Shown in pieces: positions 7,586-17,000 of a stretch of 50,008 nt of DNA (positions are counted from its first letter, which is position 1; each line of letters begins with the position of its first letter). Origin of the DNA: a virus (lineage: Duplodnaviria > Caudoviricetes). The notes beneath the pieces were generated by a model, which saw only the letters and a program-made list of their open reading frames with translations, did not search any database and was not told the origin of the DNA. The stretch covers positions 1 through 50,008 of the IMG/VR virus record IMGVR_UViG_3300042923_001831; one strand, written 5' to 3'. The translations under genes and the position numbers were made by a program.

Positions 7586-10500
7586 CTATAATCCGAATGG
7601 GTGGGACGGATCCCCAAAAGTATGGGTATCAAAGAAGGTGATACCTCCAGTTATCTTACTGGCAGCTGGAACCGTCTCGTTAATTTTTGGTTTCACTTTC
7701 TTAACAAAATCATCTGATAATGGATGGGAATCCTTTGCCCAAGTCTTGGAACGTGAGGTTGTTTTCCAGGTCAAGACGTAGTCATCTTGTAGTGGTTGGA
7801 TATTGTCTGTAGCAGAATCTTCAATTTGACCCTTTGCGCTTCCAGTTACTCTCGTACCTATATTGGCAGGTCCTTGTAGCCATCTTTGAACGACCATATC
7901 TTCCTGACGATTGGACGATTCTAGATTTGCGAGACGCTTTGCGAATTCTTTTAGACGTTGGGCAATTCTACTTTCTGCGTTATCAGCTTTATTTAACGTT
8001 ACTCTTCTTCTAACCACTCCACCCTGTATCCATTTTTCGATTTCGGTTATTTCAAAAAGGCCCTTGGTATTATATGTTGGAAGATCTACTGTAATAAACT
8101 GACCCGCACGTAAACCGGGTACAAAAACTTCACAGCTTCCAAAGCCTTTGGGATACGCTCTATCTCGCAAAATAGCACGTCCTAATTCTCTTGCAGCCAC
8201 GACGTCTATTAAACTAGTATCGTTAATGCTTGTCTCAATACGTCCGTATTGTTGAATGCTAGAATCATCGGTTAGCTGAACCATTATCGGATACATGTAT
8301 CGGTAGATAGCTTCTAAAATTGCATCCTTTATTGGAATATTATTATCACGGAATCTAAGGGATCCTTCGTTAAAGTCCAACATGACATCAAATAGTTGCT
8401 CATCGTGTAGGTTTTGAATACCAACTCGAAGAGGTACTTTAACCCCGCCTTGTATAAGATTGACTTGAATACCACCATCGTCACCTTCGCCAAGTCGATA
8501 CGGCCTGGATCCAAGTTTGTAGATTGTATTCTGTCCATCTACTACAATCTTCTGGGTATATGGATTAGACACCCCTTGGCCACCGAAAACATATACAACG
8601 TTTGCAATGCTATCATCTTGACCAAATCTAGCAGTGCCGGCAACAATATTTTTAGATTCTTTACTTAAAGTAACAGGGTGGATTGCTGCTGAAGGTGGAT
8701 AAAATTGTAGTACCCTCTCAGCTCCATTCCATTCAACATGCCAAGACCAACCTAACAATTGTGCCAGTCTTTCGGTTACTTCGAATAAGGAGACATAATT
8801 AAAAACCTGTGTAGGCATTCCCTTTGTAGTAGCAACAACTTTGTCCAGGTTAATACTATATCCGTAATATTTTCCCCATAAGTATTTCAGGACTTCACTT
8901 ATGGTACCGGAATCTGCTGTAAACGATTCGCTTACATATACTTCTAGGGAAGCAGCAGTCCAGTCATCTACTGTGATATCCATCTCAGTTGTGATAGATC
9001 CTCTTGCACTTGTCGGATTCCCTATAATACGCCCACCGAAGTAATCTGTATTTCCAATCCCATCGACAAGATAAATGTTAACTGGTGCTCTTTGTTTAGC
9101 TAAGTTTAATATTTCGGCATTTGGGGAAGGTATTTTGAATGTCGCTGTACTGACCCGATCCTTGCCGCTATGCCGAAGGTTTAAACCATTGACCGGAATA
9201 GAAATACCATTAATAAATACCTGTTGTAACAACGTCTTCACCTTCCCCTTTATGCTATCAGCTATTCCTGTATCGTCCCAGGCTATCCCCAGGGCGTACT
9301 TAAGATATAGTTCGTCGATGATTCCTACGCCATTAGATGATACTGGGCGCTTCGTTTTTAGTCCTAGCGTTTCAGCTGTAGCGATTGCTTCCGCTAGGCC
9401 GCGCTTTGTGCTAAGTGCTAAGCTGTCCGTAAAGACCGCCTCGTCTTGCAGCATAGATTTAACCTTTGCGATAACTTCGTCGGTCGCGGCGATTAGGTCG
9501 TCCGCGCTTCGGGCTAATAGTAAGGCTGCGATAATGCTATCTGCTACTGTACTGCTATCGTCAGGCGGTAGCCCAGCGCGTTTACTCAATAATTCTGCTA
9601 AGCTCAAGGAAGTATCCTTCCGTAAACCAATGATTAATTGAAGTAATTCATCGGTTAGGCCCATTGTTTCGGCTGCGAATTTCATATTTCCGTTTAGAAT
9701 TTGATCCATGGTATCGGAATTGTCGACTAGTCTTATTCCGACTTTAGCTTTTAGCGTGTCGTTTGTCGCGATGGCTTCCTGAAGAAGGGCGGATAGCGCG
9801 AATCGGTACCCGTCCTCTACCCGGTTACTATCGCCTGAGGTGTCAAACTGCCCGCCATCCCAGCTGACCGAATCCCAGGACCCGCCTAATACATATCGGT
9901 ATAGTCTAGCGATTTCGTCCATAAGGTCGATAGTGTCGGCTGCGTTCCTTCTTGTCATTACGCCCAGAATATCCGCGGCTGCGATCGCTTCGTCGATAGG
10001 TAGTTTCGCTTTTGTTTGTAAGGTGTCTACCAGGCTGAGCGTATCGGCTAGCTGCTTACGGGCTTCGATGCATGCCGTATCGGATACGCCTACCGTATCG
10101 TCAATTGTAGTTCCGAAGCCCGATACCAGGTCGATAGTGTCCTGTAGATCGACCATTTCAGACCCTGTAACTTTTGCTTTAAGAATAAGGTCTTCCACCA
10201 GGTCGATAGCTTCCTGTAGTTCCGTCATTTCGTACTTATTCGCCAGGATGTCCGCAAGGGCGACCGTATCCGCTAGTGTTTTCATATTTTTAAGTCCGAT
10301 ACTATCGGATAGTGGTAGATTCGAATTAAGCGTTGCTGCGTATAATCCTAGAATACTGTCCACCAGGTTAATAGCTTCGTTATAAAGTAGGTTAATAGCT
10401 GCCTTTGTGTCGTCTTTGACCGATAAGCTGTCTGCTATAGCTAAGCTTATTAATAGACTAATAGAATCCGCTACCGCTGCTAGGTCGCCCGTGGCATCAA

Positions 10501-12835
10501 AAGCGGCGCTGTCCCAGGCTGCCATATCGAAGGACGACCCTAAGATTAAACGTGTAATGTTATCGATACTATCAGCTACCCTGATGATATCGTCTACTAC
10601 GCCCAACGTGACCGATAGCGCGAAGGTATCAGCTAAGGTCGTAACTGAATTAAGGATCGCGCCTATACGATTAGCTAGGGCGTCGTTTACGGTTCCCACA
10701 TCGTCTATAGTTTTCGCTATATCCTTTATGTGGTCGTCGCTAAGCGCCATTAAGTCCCCTAGAAGGGTCATAGCCTTCAGCTTATTATCGTCCGCCAGGC
10801 TTAAGGCAATTTCCGCTGCTGCCGCTTTGGCTGCTAGGGTTAGCTGTTCCGCTACTGGAAATTTGTCCCCTACGATAGCCGCTACCGACCGAAGTAAGCT
10901 GTCGGATAAATCTAGTAGGTCGTCGATATCCTTTTTAATGCTGAAGGTTGCCGTATCCCCTATGCCCGTTGTATCCCCAGGGCCAGGTCCGATATTCTTA
11001 CCCACGTCGTTATCGGATAAGTTAACCGTATCCCCAGCCGTTGGTCTTGCTTCTATACTGCTGGAATCCGTTACTCCTGTAGCGCTGTCCCCAGCTGTGC
11101 GTGGCATATCCAGCCCGCCGATAATCGTATCCGTTACCGTGCTGCTGTCGCCTGTATTCTTACCTGTTTTCGCGTCTTCGCTATCCGTTAGGGTTAGCGA
11201 AGACGCGACTACGTCCTTCACTTTTGCCGCGGTACTATCCGTTACGCCGATGGTATCCGCTAGGTTATCTTTTACTGCAACCTGAATCGCGTCCGCCAGG
11301 CTTAAGAGGTCCTCGCCTAGTATTCCGAAGCCCGTCTTAAATTCCAGGGCGTCTTCCAGGCTGATAGGGTCCCCTGACGAATCCCAGTAGGATTCATCAA
11401 AGCGACCTAGCCCGAATTCGGCGGGGATTGGTACGCCCATCTTAAAGGTCCTAGCGATATCGTCCGCCAGGCTTAAGCTATCCGATAGGACCCGCTTCGT
11501 GATGATAGCCAGGTTATCGGTCGGCGTAGCTGTGTCGTCGTTTCGGTCGGAAGCTTTCGCCTTTATGGAATCGACCGTCGTTAGAAGGTCGCCCAGGTAA
11601 TCCTCTACCCTTTTGACGATATCGTCGGAGCTGGTTACGGTATCCGCTGCGTTTGACTTTGCTTCCAGGCTGAAGTCGTCCGTTACCCCTAAACTATCAT
11701 CGGCAGCTTCAGGGCTTAACCCTTTAGCCAGGTCGTCCGCTAAACTTGTGGCGCTGGCTAGGTCCCCTTTCCCTACCGCTGTGGCGATGTTATCCAGTAC
11801 CGCCATAACGTCAGACCGTTGCGCCCGCATTTCCAGCGCTAGGGTATCCGCCAGGCTTAACATATCTGACCTGTAAGCGGTCACGGCTGCCGTGATTCCC
11901 TCTAATACGTTGACCGAATCACTTATACGCGGCTGCGCGTTACTAGTTATTGTGTCCGCTGTGTCTAACGCGATCTGGTCGGAAAGACCTCTAAGACCGC
12001 TTTTTGCCATTAGGAAATCGTTAACGGCTAGACTGTCCCCTTGTACCGCCTGGGATAGCGCTAGAAGGCTGTCCGCTAACGCGACCCCGTCTTCTAGTAA
12101 GTAGATACTTCGCTGGATAGCCGAATCATCTACGTCAACGATGTCCGCTACGTACGCCTGTATCCCCGCCCTTAAGCCAACTAATAAGCTGACGGATTCG
12201 TTTATTTGCAACTTTGCCTTTTTACGTATCGCGTCCGCCAGGCTTAAGGTATCGCCTACTGTAAGCTTCTTTAGGATTACGTCCCATTTAGCTGCGTCCC
12301 ATTGGTAGACGTCCCAGCCGTCAGTCGGTGGTTGTCCTACTGTGTGTTTAGGGGTCAAGGTATCCGATAGACTTAAAGTGTCACCATAACTTCGATACCA
12401 GGCGAAGGAAGGGTCCGTATATCTCAGCTGTAGGTTATCGATATAGACCGCGTCGTCCCCCGCTGTAGCGGACCCGTCTTTTGAGTAGACTAGCTGTAAA
12501 TTATTGTCCGAATCCTCACTTAATACTCCCGATTCCCAGTACGCCCAGCCGGTAGTCCCTGACTTTTCTAGGACCTTAACCCCGTTAAGATAGATACGAA
12601 GCCAGTCCCAGTTCAACTCTGAAGACGTGTAGTAATAAAGCGATACCTTTGCGTTAGTTGCCCCTACTGGTACCGATATATCGACGTTGTGCGTACTTGT
12701 TGAGTTGTGTCCTATAACGGCGCTACGGAAAGAATATGCCCCGTTATAGGCGCGGTTCGTGGTCCGCGTCCATGTTCCCGAATTGGAAAAGGCGGTTAAA
12801 CTACTGCCCTCGAATGTTTCTAGTATAGTCGCCAT
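7586..12835 (-). CDS. Giant tail-tip protein: N-terminal carbohydrate-binding-like beta-sandwich, about 1050 aa of 18-aa repeats, C-terminal baseplate-hub (Tal-like) region
   Basis: Position after tape measure; 'SSELNWDWLRIYLNG...YIDNL' beta-sandwich; hub-like 'IANVVYVFGG', 'DDSSIQQYGRIE', 'GLRAGQFITV'. Confidence 0.7.
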   Translation of the reverse strand: MATILETFEGSSLTAFSNSGTWTRTTNRAYNGAYSFRSAVIGHNSTSTHNVDISVPVGATNAKVSLYYYTSSELNWDWLRIYLNGVKVLEKSGTTGWAYWESGVLSEDSDNNLQLVYSKDGSATAGDDAVYIDNLQLRYTDPSFAWYRSYGDTLSLSDTLTPKHTVGQPPTDGWDVYQWDAAKWDVILKKLTVGDTLSLADAIRKKAKLQINESVSLLVGLRAGIQAYVADIVDVDDSAIQRSIYLLEDGVALADSLLALSQAVQGDSLAVNDFLMAKSGLRGLSDQIALDTADTITSNAQPRISDSVNVLEGITAAVTAYRSDMLSLADTLALEMRAQRSDVMAVLDNIATAVGKGDLASATSLADDLAKGLSPEAADDSLGVTDDFSLEAKSNAADTVTSSDDIVKRVEDYLGDLLTTVDSIKAKASDRNDDTATPTDNLAIITKRVLSDSLSLADDIARTFKMGVPIPAEFGLGRFDESYWDSSGDPISLEDALEFKTGFGILGEDLLSLADAIQVAVKDNLADTIGVTDSTAAKVKDVVASSLTLTDSEDAKTGKNTGDSSTVTDTIIGGLDMPRTAGDSATGVTDSSSIEARPTAGDTVNLSDNDVGKNIGPGPGDTTGIGDTATFSIKKDIDDLLDLSDSLLRSVAAIVGDKFPVAEQLTLAAKAAAAEIALSLADDNKLKAMTLLGDLMALSDDHIKDIAKTIDDVGTVNDALANRIGAILNSVTTLADTFALSVTLGVVDDIIRVADSIDNITRLILGSSFDMAAWDSAAFDATGDLAAVADSISLLISLAIADSLSVKDDTKAAINLLYNEAINLVDSILGLYAATLNSNLPLSDSIGLKNMKTLADTVALADILANKYEMTELQEAIDLVEDLILKAKVTGSEMVDLQDTIDLVSGFGTTIDDTVGVSDTACIEARKQLADTLSLVDTLQTKAKLPIDEAIAAADILGVMTRRNAADTIDLMDEIARLYRYVLGGSWDSVSWDGGQFDTSGDSNRVEDGYRFALSALLQEAIATNDTLKAKVGIRLVDNSDTMDQILNGNMKFAAETMGLTDELLQLIIGLRKDTSLSLAELLSKRAGLPPDDSSTVADSIIAALLLARSADDLIAATDEVIAKVKSMLQDEAVFTDSLALSTKRGLAEAIATAETLGLKTKRPVSSNGVGIIDELYLKYALGIAWDDTGIADSIKGKVKTLLQQVFINGISIPVNGLNLRHSGKDRVSTATFKIPSPNAEILNLAKQRAPVNIYLVDGIGNTDYFGGRIIGNPTSARGSITTEMDITVDDWTAASLEVYVSESFTADSGTISEVLKYLWGKYYGYSINLDKVVATTKGMPTQVFNYVSLFEVTERLAQLLGWSWHVEWNGAERVLQFYPPSAAIHPVTLSKESKNIVAGTARFGQDDSIANVVYVFGGQGVSNPYTQKIVVDGQNTIYKLGSRPYRLGEGDDGGIQVNLIQGGVKVPLRVGIQNLHDEQLFDVMLDFNEGSLRFRDNNIPIKDAILEAIYRYMYPIMVQLTDDSSIQQYGRIETSINDTSLIDVVAARELGRAILRDRAYPKGFGSCEVFVPGLRAGQFITVDLPTYNTKGLFEITEIEKWIQGGVVRRRVTLNKADNAESRIAQRLKEFAKRLANLESSNRQEDMVVQRWLQGPANIGTRVTGSAKGQIEDSATDNIQPLQDDYVLTWKTTSRSKTWAKDSHPLSDDFVKKVKPKINETVPAASKITGGITFFDTHTFGDPSHPFGL
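9240..12390 (-). repeat. Degenerate 54-bp/18-aa coding tandem repeat (xDx[LIV]x[LV]xDx[LI]...)
   Basis: e.g. GDTLSLADAIRKKAKLQI / NESVSLLVGLRAGIQAYV / EDGVALADSLLALSQAVQ; TCCGCCAGGCTTAA recurs at 10791, 11292, 11463, 11847, 12234; limits approximate. Confidence 0.85.
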
Positions 12836-12851
12836 TTAACCGCCCCCTTCC

Positions 12852-12882
12852 AAAAATAAAAGGGCAGCCGAAGCAGCCCCCC
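12852..12882 (-). terminator. Intrinsic terminator/attenuator upstream of the giant tail gene
   Basis: GGGCTGC-TTCG-GCTGCCC-TTTTATTTTT on minus strand. Confidence 0.75.
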
Positions 12883-12888
12883 AAACTT

Positions 12889-13332
12889 TTACCCGATAGT
12901 GTAAGTCCATGTTAATTCCAGGGTATCGTTTGCCCCTTTGTTAATCGCTGAAAACACGATTCGGCTATACATAGTTCCAACTGTTACAGCTGTAAAGATT
13001 CCCGCTTCCGTGATCGCACCGGTACCTACACCAGCACCGAAAGTCGCAACATTTGTTACAACATTTCCTGATCTTGTTTTAGTTAAAGCTTGACGAGTTC
13101 CTGTTTCAGCAACGAGTGCTGTATTTGCAACTGCTGGAGCAGTTGTACCAGTCCCAATCCCCATGTGTGTTGGTTTTGGGATGGTAGGTGCTGCTAACAA
13201 TTGATCAGCAATTCCTTGCTTTCCTGTGTCCACAATCAAATTGTACCCTAAGTCTTTCTCTTCTTTTAATTTCCCATTTGAATCTAATAATCTAGCTTTA
13301 ACAAATCCGATTGTTAATAATTGTTCTTCCAT
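12889..13332 (-). CDS. Virion structural protein (147 aa), tail-collar/fibre-subunit-like
   Basis: Start MEEQLL with AGGAGG RBS; 'NLIVDTGK', 'HMGIGTGTTAP', 'GAITEAGIF', 'LELTWTYTI'. Confidence 0.6.
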   Translation of the reverse strand: MEEQLLTIGFVKARLLDSNGKLKEEKDLGYNLIVDTGKQGIADQLLAAPTIPKPTHMGIGTGTTAPAVANTALVAETGTRQALTKTRSGNVVTNVATFGAGVGTGAITEAGIFTAVTVGTMYSRIVFSAINKGANDTLELTWTYTIG

Positions 13333-13345
13333 GAATGGTTTCCTC

Positions 13346-13909
13346 CTAAAATGTTGGAATTTGATTGACAAAACTCATATCACTTGTGAGATTAGTAATG
13401 GGATGAGGTCTCGCTTTGATAGAAATAGATGGTTCAGAAATCTTCTGAACACCGTACCCCAGACCTTGCAAAATTCCTTTGCAATAAAAAAAGCAATGCT
13501 TAAGATAAGCACCGCTTAAGGTTGGAACATATATATCTACCTGGAATCGTTTTGGATTGTTTCTTTGCTCTTCAATAGAAGGGGAAGTCCAACCTATTAC
13601 TTTGTTGTTCTCAGTAATAGTTGAGCCTCCCATTAATTCCTCAAACAACTGCATATTTAAATGATTAGTTGTTAGGCTAAAGTCAGCACCAAGAATAGTA
13701 TCATCTTCTTCGTGCACCTCGATAACCCCTATTCCATCCGCTTTATCGATAATTCTTTCCCCTTGTTCGATTAGTGTTTGGATGGGTATGTCTGTTACTC
13801 CATAAATTTTAATGGGGTTGCTAGTAGCGAGTCCCTTTTCAGTTAGAGGAGTTATTGTTACTAGCTTGACACCCCTTAATATTTGACGCATTTCTATTGC
13901 AGTTGTCAT
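13346..13909 (-). CDS. Distal tail (Dit-position) protein with tail-tube-like pattern
   Basis: First full gene after tape measure; tube-fold-like beta pattern. Confidence 0.5.
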   Translation of the reverse strand: MTTAIEMRQILRGVKLVTITPLTEKGLATSNPIKIYGVTDIPIQTLIEQGERIIDKADGIGVIEVHEEDDTILGADFSLTTNHLNMQLFEELMGGSTITENNKVIGWTSPSIEEQRNNPKRFQVDIYVPTLSGAYLKHCFFYCKGILQGLGYGVQKISEPSISIKARPHPITNLTSDMSFVNQIPTF

Positions 13910-13988
13910 TTGTGTTCACCGCCTCATCTCCAACAGTGTTCATTAATACAATCGAGATAGAATCCGATGGGGTTATATTTTCGTTCAT
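13839..13988 (-). CDS. 49-aa ORF carrying one 18-aa repeat-like unit
   Basis: Strong RBS AAGGAGGG; MNENITPSDSISIVLMNTVGDEAV...; overlaps next gene out of frame. Confidence 0.35.
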   Translation of the reverse strand: MNENITPSDSISIVLMNTVGDEAVNTNDNCNRNASNIKGCQASNNNSSN

Positions 13989-14003
13989 CTAGTATCCCTC
14001 CTT

Positions 14004-17000
14004 TTAAAGGCCCAGTCGTCTCAATGCAGTTTCGATTTTGCTTCCAGCTTCGTTTCCGTCTGCAAAATGGTTGTCATACACTTTTACTTCAATTTTTGTA
14101 CCTTCTGGTGAAGAAACTTGTGGAGATATATTGATAAATTTCTCAAATAGACCAAGTAATTTCTCTAGCTTGTCCTCTAAATTTGGAGATTGAATAATGT
14201 TTGTTACGGTTAACGTACCTTTGTTATCTCGTATAGCGTTTGCTGCTCCCCCAATTGTAAATGCCATGGAAGGAAGGTCTGGAATTGAAGCCAATGCCAT
14301 TTGCTTTGCCGCATCGATGACACTACCCATATTTTCTTTTATACCTTCTGCAAGTCCTGCTGGTACGAAAACTCCTAGTTTTTTGGTTCTACGAGATGGA
14401 GATCGGATGTCTAAGGTCTTTTGAATAGAGATAGGTACAGTGTTTGCTAGTGCTTGAGCTTGACGCTTTAGCGGTTCTTCCATTTCTTTCATACCGTCAA
14501 TTAGGCCTTGTATGGAATCTCTACCAATAGCTGATAAAGATGTTTTCATATCGAATTGAGTAGTTGTACCTTTACGGATTTCTTTTATTTTTGCTATCCA
14601 CTCATTTTTATATAATTCAAGATCTGTTTGAGTTTGTGTGCGTAATTCCGTTATTTTAGTTTGTGTATCAGTCTGCAAGCCCTGAAGTTCGTTTACCGCT
14701 TCTGTTCTGGCCAAATTATTTTTTGATTTCCATAGATTAACGTAATCTTGAAGTTGTTGATCAGAAAGCGTATTTAACGCGGCAATTTCTGTTGCAGCAC
14801 TTGGACCCATTGCTCGAAGTTCTTCTAATAACCCCTTATCGATTCCCTTAGACGCAAGAGTAGCAATATTCTTTGACCATTCCTCAAATGTAGTAACTTG
14901 TGATTTAAGATTTTCAATTAATTGTTGACCGGAAACTTCACTTTTTTTGGTTACTTCATCGAATATTCCTGAAAAGCTATAAAGAGACTTTGTCCTACTA
15001 TCTAAGGTTTGATTGTATTCGTTTGTTAAACGCTTTTCTTCTTCAATTAACCTATTATTAGCTTCAGAAATTTTGTTTGTATATTCTTCGTTTATCGCGA
15101 TCAGTTTTAAGTTAATCTCTTGCTTTACCCTATAAATCTCTCTCTCATAAAACATTCGTTCTTCGGAACCCAATTTGTATTTTTTTAAATTGTTTTCATA
15201 CATTCTTAATTCCTGTGTTAAAGAGAGTTCATTATAATACTTCTTTTGTTCGATAAGCTCTTTCTCTTTGTCAAATTGCTCTTTATGCAATTCTTGTTTA
15301 ACTCGGTAAACCTCGCGTTCGTAAAACAATCTTTCCTCAGAGCCTACTTTGTATTTTTTTATGTAATCTTCATACAACTTCAGCTCTTGGGTTAACGACA
15401 GTTGATTAAAGTACTTTCTCTGTTCAATCCTTGTCTTTTCTCTTTCGAATTGCTGTTTTCGGAGTTCTTCCAACTCTTTATTGTGCTTTTTATTTATTTC
15501 ATAGATAGCTTTATTAGCTCGTTCGACCGCATTAGGAACGGTTTTATACTCTGTCTTTAGCTTTTCTAGTTCCTTAATAGCGTCTGCTGCACTAATTTTT
15601 TTAGCATCTAGCTTGTAGTCAATTTTCTTAAATTCTGTTTCAAAACCTTTTTTAGCTGAAGCTGCAACTTGCTGGGCAGTCTGTTGTACAACCGAAGCTT
15701 TATTGGAAATCCCTTTAGCTACACCTGTGGGAATATGTTCCCCTACTTCTTTTTCTAGCTTTTTCGAAGGAGAACGAATGATCAGTACTTTTTTCATCCA
15801 GTCCGGAATCGAGTTTGCTAATTCTTCAACTTTCTCCTTAACTGCACCGAAATTCAAGCCACCAAGTAAACCACTGATAATGTCTATTCCGACTTGTTTA
15901 AGGTCAACACTCTTGAGAAAGGTTTCAGCCTCTTGCCATTTTCCTTCAAAGTTTGACCTAACCTCTTCCATCTTTTTAGAAAGAGAAGTGTTCATTTCAT
16001 CAATTTTTTTACCTGGCCATGCTTTGATTTCTTCCCACTTTTCAGAAGTATCCTCTTTGATTTCTTCCCACTTATTAGATACTGCCGTTTTTATTTCTGA
16101 AACTTTTTTGCTAGTATCCTTCTTCATCATTTCCCATTTGGAAAGGACTTCTCCCTTTTCCCAATTGACATGATCAGCGTGTTCACCAGCTTGTTTTTTG
16201 GCTTCAGAAACCACTTTTTTATGCATACCTTCAGCGTGATTCACGACACTATCTCGTTGCATCTTTGCATCTAATATCATGATGTTAGCTTGTTCGGCTG
16301 ATATACTACCCACTTCATCGCGTTGTCGGATAATTTCCTGAACGGTTTTATCGTATTGTTCATTCGCAGCCTTGATAGCACCTTGAGTTTGCTTTTGTGA
16401 ATTTTCCACCACATCAGCCGCTTGCGATGCTGAAATTGAACCCGCTTGCGCTTTCATACGTTCCAAGATACTTTTGGATTCAAGTTCATTTTTGGAAAGG
16501 TATTTAATGCCGTTATTGACCATACCTTCCTGAATCAAATTAATTTGTGTTTTTTCAGCCTCAGTCAATGAACGTTTTTCGTTTGAAGCCTTTGCCATTA
16601 TTTCTTTAATAATATTTTCGCCATTGTTTACGGCATTGGTTTGTTGTTCGTATTTCTCATTCATTTTGGCGATGGCATCTTGTTTGTCTTTTTCACTAAG
16701 GAGTTTGCTGTTGGAGAAAAATTGATTCATGGTGGCCAATTCTTGCTCGTGCTTTTTTTTCATGCCAGCGAGCATTTGGTCACTCATTTGTTCAAAGTTT
16801 TTAACGATATTATCAGCGGTCGCTTTGGTTACGGTGGTGCCACTCCAATTTAATTGATTTAGAGATTCAGTTGCCTTCTCATTTAATTTTAAAAATCCGC
16901 TAACCGCTTTTTGTGTACTTTTTGAAACCCCATCACCAAATAATTGAGCCTCTAATGATGGTTTTTTCAGTTCCTTTGAAACTTTATAGGCTGCAACTCC

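Noticed and set aside
9075-12104. Long plus-strand ORFs (188, 181, 292, 87, 70 aa)
   Set aside because: Antisense shadows of the repeat-rich tail gene; Ser/Ala-rich, no RBS
4910-12835. Diversity-generating retroelement or invertible tail-fibre cassette
   Set aside because: No reverse transcriptase, no TR/VR pair and no invertase seen
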